Source of the DNA: Fidelibacterota bacterium
GTDB taxonomy: Bacteria > Fidelibacterota > Marinisomatia > SCGC-AAA003-L08 > JACNLC01
Assembly: GCA_024277615.1 (NCBI GenBank)
Contig: JAJRUW010000068.1
Span: 6,047 to 70,046, forward strand
Reading direction: 5' to 3'
DNA length: 64,000 nt
Shown: positions 12,964 through 22,163 of the stretch, in pieces
Layout of the letters: each line of letters starts with the position of its first letter
How positions within the stretch are numbered: position 1 is the stretch's first letter
The notes under the pieces: generated by a model
Seen by the model: only the letters and a program-made list of their open reading frames with translations
Databases searched by the model: none
What the model was told of the DNA's origin: nothing
Translations under genes and position numbers: made by a program

Positions 12964-13383
12964 TTAAAAATGCCACATGGCCAGTTTGATTTCGGGATTT
13001 GGTTTCCTTGAGATTTTGAGGCCGCCCGGCAGGATGATAAATTCACCTATGGCAGAGATAACTCCCTCGAAGAGATGTCCGCCTATGACCTTGAAATCTT
13101 TGCCGCTCAAAGTAACATGCACGTGGATGAAAAGGCGGTCATCTGGAAAAGAAATATTGCCTGTCAAGCCAAGCAGTTCAAATGAGCCGGAGAAGCTGCG
13201 GCGGTGATAATCCTGTTTCTCGCGGTCGTAATATCCCAGAACTACATCTCTGACGGCTCCGATGCCGAGGATCAGACCGGAGCGGAGAGTTTCTTTTTCA
13301 GCCACTTCTGTGAGGGAAGCGATGACATCATCACCGGGTTGCAAACTGACGAAAATTTGATGGTCGTCTCTGATGTATTTCAT
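12964..13383 (-). CDS. PPC (DUF296) domain protein
   Basis: 139 aa. The pattern LQPGDDVIASL...GIGAVRDVVLGYYD...FELLGLTGNIS...HVHVTLSG...GGHL is typical of the PPC/DUF296 fold family. Confidence 0.7.
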   Translation of the reverse strand: MKYIRDDHQIFVSLQPGDDVIASLTEVAEKETLRSGLILGIGAVRDVVLGYYDREKQDYHRRSFSGSFELLGLTGNISFPDDRLFIHVHVTLSGKDFKVIGGHLFEGVISAIGEFIILPGGLKISRKPNPEIKLAMWHF

Positions 13384-14837
13384 GGCCGCCAGCGCAAATT
13401 GGGGTTGCGATTTGCCCGGGTTTCATCCAGCCGCCTAACCGGCGTATTCACAGGGGCGGAATGGATCCGCTCCGGATCGCTGTCGATAATTTTGTCGATC
13501 TCGTGCATGGCCTCTGCAAATTTATCGAGAGTCTGCCTGGATTCGGTTTCAGTAGGTTCTATCATCATGGACTCACTGACGTTGATGGGAAAATAGATAG
13601 TCGGTGCGTGAAAACCATAATCCAGCAGGGCTTTGGCAATGTCCAGTACCCTCACACCGCGCTCTTTTTGACGCGTCCCGGAGATTACAAATTCGTGCAT
13701 GGTTCCTTCTGTAAAGGGGATGTTGTAAACAGGTGCTAGTTTGGCCTTGAGATAGTTTGCATTGATGATGGCAGAGCGGGTCATGTGCCGCACTCCGCTT
13801 TCTCCCAGCATCCGGATATAACCCCAGGCCCTCACCAGCACACCGAAATTACCAAAAAAGCTATGGACATTCCCAATGGAGTCAGGCTTGTTGTAGTCCC
13901 GGATAAATTTCCCGTCTTCGGTTCGGTGGATGACCGGAATGGGTAAGAAGGGAATGAGTTTTTTTGTCACACCGATGGGTCCGGCTCCCGGACCACCACC
14001 CCCGTGAGGTGTGGAAAAGGTTTTGTGGAGATTGATATGCGTGATATCAAACCCCATATCCGACGGACGAGTCAGTCCTGCCAGCGCATTCAGATTTGCT
14101 CCGTCCATGTACATCAAACCGCCTGCCGAATGAACAATGGATGCAATGGCTTCGATATCGTTTTCAAAAAGCCCCAGAGTATTCGGCTGGGTCAGCATCA
14201 TTCCGGCAGTTTCAGCATCCGCCTTTGCTTTCAGATCTTCAAGATCGATTTTGCCCCGGTCATTGCTTTTAACCACTTTGGGCTTGAACCCGGCTGATAC
14301 AACCGAAGCGGGATTGGTCCCATGTGCCGTTTCCGGGATCAGAATGAAGTGACGGCGGTGCCCGGCCGTCTGATCGTGATATTTGCGTATCACCAGAGCC
14401 CCGGTAAATTCTCCCTGTGCACCGGCACTCGGCTGCAGTGTGACGCCGTCCATCCCCGTGATCTTCTGCAGCATCTGTTCCAGTTCCCACATGAGTTGCA
14501 AGGCTCCCTGTACCGTATTGTCCGACTGCAACGGATGCAGCCCGGCAAATTCCGGCAGGGCCGCGAGGGCATCATTGATCTTGGGGTTGTATTTCATAGT
14601 ACAGGACCCGAGTGGATAGAAGTCCTTGTCAATGTGATGGTTTTTTACTGACAGATTAACAAAATGGCGGACGACTTCAGGTTCTGTAACCTGAGGCAGT
14701 TCTGCAGGTTCGGTTCTCAACAGCGAGTTATCAATAATGTCCGTCAGTTCCAGCCCGGGCACATCTGAGTGGGGGATGGGCGTTCCCTGACTGCCTGATC
14801 TGCTTTCGTCAAAAATGAGTGGTGTCTTTACAAACAT
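13380..14837 (-). CDS. gcvPB: Glycine dehydrogenase (decarboxylating) subunit 2
   Basis: 485 aa with LPQVTEPEVVRHF, YPLGSCTMKYNPK and the PLP-Lys region NLHKTFSTPHGGGGPG. Confidence 0.93.
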   Translation of the reverse strand: MFVKTPLIFDESRSGSQGTPIPHSDVPGLELTDIIDNSLLRTEPAELPQVTEPEVVRHFVNLSVKNHHIDKDFYPLGSCTMKYNPKINDALAALPEFAGLHPLQSDNTVQGALQLMWELEQMLQKITGMDGVTLQPSAGAQGEFTGALVIRKYHDQTAGHRRHFILIPETAHGTNPASVVSAGFKPKVVKSNDRGKIDLEDLKAKADAETAGMMLTQPNTLGLFENDIEAIASIVHSAGGLMYMDGANLNALAGLTRPSDMGFDITHINLHKTFSTPHGGGGPGAGPIGVTKKLIPFLPIPVIHRTEDGKFIRDYNKPDSIGNVHSFFGNFGVLVRAWGYIRMLGESGVRHMTRSAIINANYLKAKLAPVYNIPFTEGTMHEFVISGTRQKERGVRVLDIAKALLDYGFHAPTIYFPINVSESMMIEPTETESRQTLDKFAEAMHEIDKIIDSDPERIHSAPVNTPVRRLDETRANRNPNLRWRP

Positions 14838-14924
14838 AAATTACCTGTCAATTCAGATTAACTAAAATTCTTTCTGCCCGGGCAACAGGCCGGAGTCTGC
14901 CTCTGTTCAGGCAGGGTTTCCAGC

Positions 14925-17522
14925 TCAACCGGCTCCCTTTTGTAACTTTTCACGGATCAGCTTTGCACCGGTTTCAAGGGCCGCATCAAGGAGACTGGTA
15001 TCTTTTCCGCCGGCAGTTGCCAGGTGTGGCCGGCCGCCGCCGCCGCCGCCCATCTGCGCACCCACAGACCTGACAACCTCGCCGGCCTGCACGGTTCCGG
15101 TAAGATCATCGGTCACGGCACACATGACCATGGGTCTGGAATTTTGGACGGTTCCCACCAGAGCCACTGCCCGCTGCCGCGCCTGGGTCCGGAAAATATC
15201 TCCAAGTTTCTTCAAATCACCCAAATCTTCCAGCCTGGTAACCACAAGACGTACATTTCCGATGGTTTCTCCGCGGTTGAGCAGGCCTTCCATCACGGCA
15301 GCCTGCCCCGACTTTTTTAAGCTCTCAAGTTCCTTTTCAAGGGCATGTCGCTGCTCGATTAGTGCATCGATCCGGTCAGGGATTTCAGATCTGGAACATT
15401 TCAACTGCCCACGGACTTTTTCAATGAGTACTTCCTGTGTCTGTATGAATTCCAGGGCGGCCTCACCCGTAAGGGCTTCCAGGCGGCGTACGCCTGCCGC
15501 CAGGGCGCTTTCCGCAATGATCTTGAAAATACCGATATCCCCGGTGCGGTATGCATGAATTCCTCCGCACAGCTCTCGTGAGAAGCCCGGAACTTCTACC
15601 ACCCTCACCGACGAGCCGTATTTTTCACCGAACAGGGCCGTTGCACCGCTTCCAATGGCGGATTTATAATCCGTAACCGAGGTTGTAACCGCCAGGTTTT
15701 TACGGATTTCGGTATTGACGATATTCTCTATTTTTTTCAGATCGGCCCGGGATATCTGCTCGAAGTGGGTCAGGTCAAACCGCAGCCTGTCCGGAGCTAC
15801 GAGTGAGCCCGCCTGATTGACATGTTCACCCAGCACCATCTTCAGCGCCTTATGCAGCAGATGGGTGGCAGTGTGGTTCAGGCGAATACGGTTGCGGCGC
15901 AGGCTATCCACTTCTGCCCTGAGACTTTTGACGGAGTTCAGGGTTCCCGACTCTATCGTTCCGCGATGGACGATTTCATCGACAGTTTTAAATGTGTCAG
16001 TTACAACGATTCGCAGATTGTCGGTTTTGAGAATCCCCGTATCGCCTACCTGTCCGCCCTGTTCAGGGTAGAAAGGCGTTTTGTCCAGGATTATATCCAC
16101 GTAATCAACGGACTGAAAATATTTACGGATAGTGGCTTTCACGGCAGTTTGCTCATAACCGATGAAGCCGCCGGAAGGACCGTCGGAGACGGTAATCCAT
16201 TCCCGTGAATCATCAATTCGGTTGAATTTGCCGGCGGCCCGGGCTCTGTCACGCTGCTGCTGCATGCAGACATCAAAACCGGCCACATCCACCGAAAAAC
16301 CTTTCTCACGGGCAAGTAATTGTGTCAAATCAAGAGGAAAGCCGTAAGTATCGTATAACTTGAAAGCAGCTTTACCGGAGATGGTCTCCTGCGGTTTTAA
16401 CTTGCCGGAAATCCGGGCAAAGATTTCCAGACCCCGGTCCAATGTCTCACCGAATGAAACCTCTTCGGCACGAATCACGCGTCTGATGTGGGCTTTTTTA
16501 TCGACGATCTCAGGGAAAGCTTCACCCATGATTTCAATCAGCGGGTCCACGAGTTCAAAAATGAAAGGTTCGCGCATCTGCAGCAGACGGCCGAAGCGGG
16601 CAGCCCTGCGCAAAACACGTCTCAAAACATAACCCCGGCCTTCATTGCCCGGCAGGGCACCATCGGCAATGGAGAAAGAAAGCATACGCAGATGGTCGGC
16701 AATCACACGGTGAGGAACTCCCGCCTGAAAATCAAGGGGTTTCCCGGTGAGTGTCACGATCTTTTCGAGAATGGGAATGAACAGATCGGTTTCGTAATTG
16801 GATTGATGTCCGTTCAGCAGGGCAACGATCCGTTCAAAACCTGCTCCCGTATCCACGTGACATCTCGGCAGATCCGAAAGTGTCCCGTCTGCATTGCGGT
16901 TGTACTGTATGAAAACAAGATTCCAGATCTCACGGTAGGCAGGGTCGCTGTTGACGCCGGAGGCAGTCTGATGTGACGGGTCATCCCCGGAATAATAGTG
17001 AATTTCACTGCAGGGTCCGCAGGGTCCCGTTTCACCCATTTCCCAGAAATTATCTTTGCTGCCGAATTTCAGGATGCGGTCCCGGGGAATATCCGTAAAT
17101 TTGGCCCATAACTCTCCGGCCTCGTCATCTTCCTCATAAATTGTTACCCACAGGCGCTGCTTGTCGATTTTCCAGACATCCGTGAGTAATTCCCAGGCCC
17201 ATTGAATGGCCTCCTGTTTGTAGTAGTCACCGAAGGACCAATTCCCCAGCATCTCAAAAAAAGTATGGTGGTAATCGTCCACGCCCACTTCTTCGAGATC
17301 ATTGTGTTTGCCGCTGACGCGGATACATTTCTGGGTATTTACAACTCTGGGTGCCACGGGTTTGGTCTGACCCAGAAAAACCGGTTTAAACTGGTTCATA
17401 CCGGCATTGATGAACAGGAGCGTCGGATCTCCCAGAGGTACAACCGGAGAACTGCGTACAAAGCGGTGGTCCCGCTCAAGAAAAAAATCCAGAAACTGCC
17501 GGCGGATCTCTTTTGAGGTCAT
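14925..17522 (-). CDS. alaS: Alanine--tRNA ligase
   Basis: 865 aa with MTSKEIRRQFLDFF, FINAGMNQFK, WSFGDYYK, the editing-domain motifs HTATHLLH and CGGIH, and a C-terminal DHHA1-like GGGGGGRP. Confidence 0.97.
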   Translation of the reverse strand: MTSKEIRRQFLDFFLERDHRFVRSSPVVPLGDPTLLFINAGMNQFKPVFLGQTKPVAPRVVNTQKCIRVSGKHNDLEEVGVDDYHHTFFEMLGNWSFGDYYKQEAIQWAWELLTDVWKIDKQRLWVTIYEEDDEAGELWAKFTDIPRDRILKFGSKDNFWEMGETGPCGPCSEIHYYSGDDPSHQTASGVNSDPAYREIWNLVFIQYNRNADGTLSDLPRCHVDTGAGFERIVALLNGHQSNYETDLFIPILEKIVTLTGKPLDFQAGVPHRVIADHLRMLSFSIADGALPGNEGRGYVLRRVLRRAARFGRLLQMREPFIFELVDPLIEIMGEAFPEIVDKKAHIRRVIRAEEVSFGETLDRGLEIFARISGKLKPQETISGKAAFKLYDTYGFPLDLTQLLAREKGFSVDVAGFDVCMQQQRDRARAAGKFNRIDDSREWITVSDGPSGGFIGYEQTAVKATIRKYFQSVDYVDIILDKTPFYPEQGGQVGDTGILKTDNLRIVVTDTFKTVDEIVHRGTIESGTLNSVKSLRAEVDSLRRNRIRLNHTATHLLHKALKMVLGEHVNQAGSLVAPDRLRFDLTHFEQISRADLKKIENIVNTEIRKNLAVTTSVTDYKSAIGSGATALFGEKYGSSVRVVEVPGFSRELCGGIHAYRTGDIGIFKIIAESALAAGVRRLEALTGEAALEFIQTQEVLIEKVRGQLKCSRSEIPDRIDALIEQRHALEKELESLKKSGQAAVMEGLLNRGETIGNVRLVVTRLEDLGDLKKLGDIFRTQARQRAVALVGTVQNSRPMVMCAVTDDLTGTVQAGEVVRSVGAQMGGGGGGRPHLATAGGKDTSLLDAALETGAKLIREKLQKGAG

Positions 17523-17523
17523 A

Positions 17524-19026
17524 TCAGAAGATCACCTGAGTTTCAAATTGCATCGAATGCACCGGCTCCAACCGGCCGTCCGGCCCCATGACATAAGTGG
17601 TGCGGGCCTTATAAACTATCATGACACCGCCTGAGACTTCCAAACCTATATCGTAGCCAAAAACAGTGGTGGCGCTGGCCTTAAAGTCAAAGGGGTTCGG
17701 GATATTACTCTGCTGATAAAAAGCCGCTGCTTTCTTGACTTTGGGAATGAACGAAGTATTCAGCGCCACAGTGGCTAAAAAGGTTTTATTGGAATCATCG
17801 ATGTAATCGTCCTCTGTGTCACTCCAGATCTGACCGCTCATATCCTGGTAGCCGAGACCGAGATCGACGATATTCAGCAAAGCCAGGGATAGATGAGAGT
17901 AAAAGCCTGAGGTTTTGCCATAGCGATAAAGCTGACTCTCTTTGGTAAAAATGGAGTCGTTACCGTCGCTGTAAGTGATGAGTGCCCGGTTCACATCGTA
18001 GGACTGATCCCAGTAACTGAAAAGGAAGTTTTCCGAAGCTGTGCGGTATTCGGCGCGAAATTGGGCAATGCCAAAATGAGTATAGATACCGAGGGGCACC
18101 AGGCCATAGCCGAGGCTGCCGGAATTGCCATTGACTTTTGCCGTTTCCCCGAGAAGCTGTCCGAACTCCGAGTACAGTTGAATTTTGGGCGTGACCTGAT
18201 AAGAGATGTCCACGGCTATACCGCTCACCGAATCCCCTGAATATTGGTCTTTTGAATAGGTATTTCGGGGAATGCCCGTGTTACTGTTAAACCACTGGGA
18301 GAAACCCGTCGAATCACCGGCATGGTCGGCAGCATAGACATCCAGCCACGTACCGAACTTGTCGGCAACAGACTGATCGTAATAATCCGGGTTATCCGGC
18401 AGGTCATCAAAAACATCCGGGACATCATCTCCGTCACTGTCGATGAGCCCGGCATACTGGTCCATATCCGTGACGAAGGAGATTCCAATGGCGGCTTTTC
18501 CGAAGAAAGGTGTTGCCAGCCGCAGGCCGGTCATTCCCGGAGTGTGCTTAAAATCACTCTGGATATATTCCAGCTGCAGGGATGAAAACCGGGCTTTTAA
18601 GTCCAGTCCTATGCGCCGGAAGCTGGGGTAATCGATCATATTTGAATAGCGGTTCACGAGAATTCCATGACCCAGGGTGGCCAGGGGCAGCGCACCGGCT
18701 CTGAAGTAAAAGGGGTCATCGGGCTGAGCCCAGCGTACATAGAAAACTTTGTCCAGTATGGTGCGGGCAACGGCGGGGCCGTCGGAGAAATCCCAACTGT
18801 TCTGATAAATATTTCCGTCAGAATCGATATAGAGATAGATATCGAGTCCGATACCGAGTTTGCCGATGACGATCTCAGGCCGCAAGGCCAGTTGGTTGTA
18901 AATTTTTCCATTGATGATCACGGAGCCGAAACTACCGGACATGTTCGTATTTTCCAGGATGCTTCCCTGGGAAAAGAGCATACCGCCCAGAAAAATGATA
19001 AACAGACTGCAGGTGAACTTCTTCAT
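17524..19026 (-). CDS. Predicted outer-membrane beta-barrel protein, unknown family
   Basis: It has a signal peptide MKKFTCSLFIIFLGGMLFSQ, alternating amphipathic segments, an acidic loop DSDGDDVPDVFDDLPDNPDYYD and a C-terminal aromatic residue (...FETQVIF). Confidence 0.6.
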   Translation of the reverse strand: MKKFTCSLFIIFLGGMLFSQGSILENTNMSGSFGSVIINGKIYNQLALRPEIVIGKLGIGLDIYLYIDSDGNIYQNSWDFSDGPAVARTILDKVFYVRWAQPDDPFYFRAGALPLATLGHGILVNRYSNMIDYPSFRRIGLDLKARFSSLQLEYIQSDFKHTPGMTGLRLATPFFGKAAIGISFVTDMDQYAGLIDSDGDDVPDVFDDLPDNPDYYDQSVADKFGTWLDVYAADHAGDSTGFSQWFNSNTGIPRNTYSKDQYSGDSVSGIAVDISYQVTPKIQLYSEFGQLLGETAKVNGNSGSLGYGLVPLGIYTHFGIAQFRAEYRTASENFLFSYWDQSYDVNRALITYSDGNDSIFTKESQLYRYGKTSGFYSHLSLALLNIVDLGLGYQDMSGQIWSDTEDDYIDDSNKTFLATVALNTSFIPKVKKAAAFYQQSNIPNPFDFKASATTVFGYDIGLEVSGGVMIVYKARTTYVMGPDGRLEPVHSMQFETQVIF

Positions 19027-19086
19027 GGTAATCCTCCCGTTTTCAAGGTTAAAATGACATCAAATTTATCTGGTAAACAGAAAGTA

Positions 19087-19103
19087 TTACAATCAGATTG
19101 TAA
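19087..19103. promoter_or_regulatory. Perfect 8+1+8 palindrome TTACAATC-A-GATTGTAA upstream of the OMP gene
   Basis: Read directly from the sequence. Its centre lies ~70 nt upstream of the ATG at 19026, inside a 218-nt intergenic region. Confidence 0.3.
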
Positions 19104-19244
19104 GGATAGTTTTGAGGTATGCGTGGATTGTCTGAATTACAGATCAGTACAAGTCATACGGGTTCGATCGGATACTGCCTCACCCTGCTGTTGAGCAGAA
19201 TGCCTGCCGGGATCAGTCCGGCGGAATTAAAACCTGCTCGGGCC

Positions 19245-22163
19245 TCACACCTCCACCAGCTTTTCAAATAACTGTCCAGCGGCTTCAATTTTTGATTTAT
19301 TGCCGATAACACAGCGATAGGGATTCTCCATAAGTTGCACAAAATGGGGTGCCATGGCTTTCAAGTCATTTACTGTGGTGGTCTTGATCTCACGCATGAG
19401 GTTAAGGCGGTATTCGGGAGTGACACCGCTGAGCAGATCGTTCCTGGCGCGTAGCCCCGTCATGGCTGGTGAGAGCAGAGGATCAAATTTCCCGAAAGTG
19501 CGGATAATCCAGTGTTCCATAACCTCCCGGCTGACTGACAGTTCTGCAATGGCCGCAGGAATCTTATTAAAAGTGTTATATGTTTCTGCAACATTGGGGT
19601 CCCGGTAACTGATGAAAAAGGTATTGCCTGTGAGGATATTGCTTTCGATCCAGGTACCGTAGGCTCCGCCCTTTACGCGGATGGCGTTGTGCAGATAATC
19701 ATGGCTCAGAATGGATTTAAGAACTTCGAGCCTGCCGGAATATGGCAAACCAGTTTCAAAGAGTTTTCCGCCCTGAACGGCAAAAACTATCTCGGCAGGG
19801 ACAATGAAAGCCTCATTCAGGGGGTGACCTGTAAAGTTGCGCGGTACATCTTCCCGGGTGTTATTGCCGAAGCTGTCAATCAGCCGGGGCAGATGTTTGT
19901 CAATAATTTTGATATCTTCCTCTGAGGCTGTGATTGCAAGGGTAAGATTATCCCGGTTGAACAGTATCTCTTTCATCAGCGACAGGGTAGCCAGCAGCTG
20001 CTCTTCCTGTTCATCGTAGTGCTGAACAAGGTCCCGCAGTTTGAAAAAAGCGGTTATTCCGTTTACGGCCTCCTGGTACTTACCGTTTTCCGAGAGATAT
20101 GAGCTGACCCGGGAGAGCGGAATGCCCGTACCGCCTTTTCTGATGGCTTGTTCGGTCCAGGTATAATTCCGTTCGACAATCTGACGGATTCGCTGACGGT
20201 CATGGAATGAAACATTTTTAAAGATGTCAGCAACCAGCTCCAATGCCTGGGGCAGGTAACTCCGCAGGACCTTGACGTTGAACCACTGGATTGGGTGAAA
20301 CTCAAGGGGGTTATTTAACTGCATATGATTGGCAAAATCCGCGCTGAAGTCACCGGTGTATCTGGCAAGCTCTTTGGCGATGGTCATATAATTACGATCT
20401 GCAGTACCGATCTCGGTGACGAGATTAGCAAAGAGTTTCAGCCAGGGCAGCAGCTCTGTGGGGAGGGCTGAGACATCGAGACCGATATTCAGATAGGTTA
20501 TGGAATTGGTAAAAAGTTCGGTCGTTATGCAGGGGATATCCCTGATCTTCTGAACCTGTGCGGTGCGTATGTCCACTTTTTCGGGAATATCCGAGAGGTT
20601 TAAGCACGGGAGCAGTTTCAGTTTTTCCGGCGGATTGGGCGTTTCCTGGTATTTTAATAAATCCCCGGTGGTCTGCACCAGCCGGCCAACCTGGTCGGGT
20701 GTAAGAGATTTGCGAAAGGTTTCCAGTTTTGTCCGGGTCGCAGCGGCAATTCGTTCGCTTTTGCCGGGATCGGGGAACGCCGTCAAAAAGACATACTGTT
20801 GATTCTCGATGAGATATTCACGGATCAGGTCCTCGAAATATCGGCCCTCCAGTGCTTCCTCACGGATGGCCCGGAAGAGTTCTTCAAATTTGAGCACTTC
20901 AAAAGGGTCCAGATTATTAAAACTGGCGGAAGTTGCCGCCTGCAGGTAGTTCAGTCCCCGCTGTGACTTCAGAGATTTCTCACGCTCCGAAAACTCCACC
21001 GAATTCAGTTCAGCCAGAACCAGGTCCTTATCGAGACCTGTATCACAGATCTGACGCAGCGAATCAAAATAGCGGGTCCGGAATTTTTCTTTATCGTTTT
21101 CGTCGGCTCCAATTAAAACCGTAAACATGGATGTACAGGGCATGTTGTCGGTGAAAAAACCCACCAGGTCTTTACCCAAACCGGCTGACAAAACGGCGGC
21201 TTTCAGGGGGGAGGCATCGGAATAATACAATATGTTGCCGATGATGGCGAAGGCCAGATTTTTTTTGTATTCGGCAAAGGGGAAAAGTTTTGTACACAGG
21301 GCAAAATAGGTTTTCCCCTCAAGCGTGTCATGCCTATTCACGGCGTAACCGATGCGTTCATCAACGGGGCCTTCGATGCTGTCACCGGGTATGAGGACCG
21401 CAGGCTGTCTCCCGGCCTCGAATTTTGACAGGAAATTCCCATCAATTCTGGCGAGCTCCGCATCCAGATCGGCATCTCCGTAAACGCCAATTACGGCATT
21501 CCCGGGATGATAAAATCTCTCGTGAAAAGCCCGAAATTCTTCGTAAGTAAGCTCGACAATATTTTCCGGGTTGCCCCCTGAATCCACGGCATAGGGTGTC
21601 CCCGGCAGCAGGGCCTTATAAACGGAGTTGTAGATCAGCCTGAGAGGGTCGGAATAGGCCCCTTTCATCTCATTGTAAACCACACCCACATATTTTAATT
21701 CATCTTCCGCCTTTCGCAATTCATGGTGCCAGCCCTCCTGTAAAAAGGTATTTTTTTCAAGCAGCGGGTTCAGGGTTACATCGAGATAAATATCCATGAG
21801 GTTGAAATATTCCTTCTCGTTGCGGGTGGCAAAAGGATAGACGGTTTTGTCGGAAGAAGTCATCGCATTGAGAAAGGTTACGAGTCCCGTTTTCATCAAT
21901 TCATCGAACAGATCTTTGACCGGATATTTTTTTGAGCCCGAAAGAACAGAGTGTTCGATGATGTGTGCCGCACCCGTCGAGTCCGCAGGCAGTGTGTGAT
22001 AGCTAACCGTAAAAGTTTTATTAGTATCATCATTTTTTATGGCAATCAGAGGAGTACCTGTTTTAACGTGCGTAAAAAGGTACAGCATCGATTTAATCTC
22101 ATCCACATATCCGGCTTCCTGCAGTTTGAATCCGTGATATTGTCGGCCAGTTGTATATTCCAT
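19245..22163 (-). CDS. M16C-family (PreP/falcilysin-like) zinc metallopeptidase
   Basis: About 972 aa. It has the inverted zinc motif HIIEH near the N-terminus (AAHIIEHSVLSGS). I chose the start at ATG 22163 (MEYTTGRQYHGF), which overlaps the TAA of the upstream gene as TAATG. The longer ORF-track form would overlap that gene by 160 nt. Confidence 0.85.
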   Translation of the reverse strand: MEYTTGRQYHGFKLQEAGYVDEIKSMLYLFTHVKTGTPLIAIKNDDTNKTFTVSYHTLPADSTGAAHIIEHSVLSGSKKYPVKDLFDELMKTGLVTFLNAMTSSDKTVYPFATRNEKEYFNLMDIYLDVTLNPLLEKNTFLQEGWHHELRKAEDELKYVGVVYNEMKGAYSDPLRLIYNSVYKALLPGTPYAVDSGGNPENIVELTYEEFRAFHERFYHPGNAVIGVYGDADLDAELARIDGNFLSKFEAGRQPAVLIPGDSIEGPVDERIGYAVNRHDTLEGKTYFALCTKLFPFAEYKKNLAFAIIGNILYYSDASPLKAAVLSAGLGKDLVGFFTDNMPCTSMFTVLIGADENDKEKFRTRYFDSLRQICDTGLDKDLVLAELNSVEFSEREKSLKSQRGLNYLQAATSASFNNLDPFEVLKFEELFRAIREEALEGRYFEDLIREYLIENQQYVFLTAFPDPGKSERIAAATRTKLETFRKSLTPDQVGRLVQTTGDLLKYQETPNPPEKLKLLPCLNLSDIPEKVDIRTAQVQKIRDIPCITTELFTNSITYLNIGLDVSALPTELLPWLKLFANLVTEIGTADRNYMTIAKELARYTGDFSADFANHMQLNNPLEFHPIQWFNVKVLRSYLPQALELVADIFKNVSFHDRQRIRQIVERNYTWTEQAIRKGGTGIPLSRVSSYLSENGKYQEAVNGITAFFKLRDLVQHYDEQEEQLLATLSLMKEILFNRDNLTLAITASEEDIKIIDKHLPRLIDSFGNNTREDVPRNFTGHPLNEAFIVPAEIVFAVQGGKLFETGLPYSGRLEVLKSILSHDYLHNAIRVKGGAYGTWIESNILTGNTFFISYRDPNVAETYNTFNKIPAAIAELSVSREVMEHWIIRTFGKFDPLLSPAMTGLRARNDLLSGVTPEYRLNLMREIKTTTVNDLKAMAPHFVQLMENPYRCVIGNKSKIEAAGQLFEKLVEV

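Noticed and set aside
13380-14837. gcvPB without adjacent gcvPA, gcvT or gcvH.
   Set aside because: This is unusual synteny, but the partner genes may simply be elsewhere in the genome. It cannot be evaluated from one window.
14838-14924. A glycine riboswitch upstream of gcvPB, and a cobalamin riboswitch upstream of meaB (54330..54563).
   Set aside because: The 87-nt gap lacks the conserved GGAGA...CACCG...GGGGCAA-type elements of glycine aptamers. The meaB leader shows no B12-box-like GCCACTG. A cmscan would be the definitive test.
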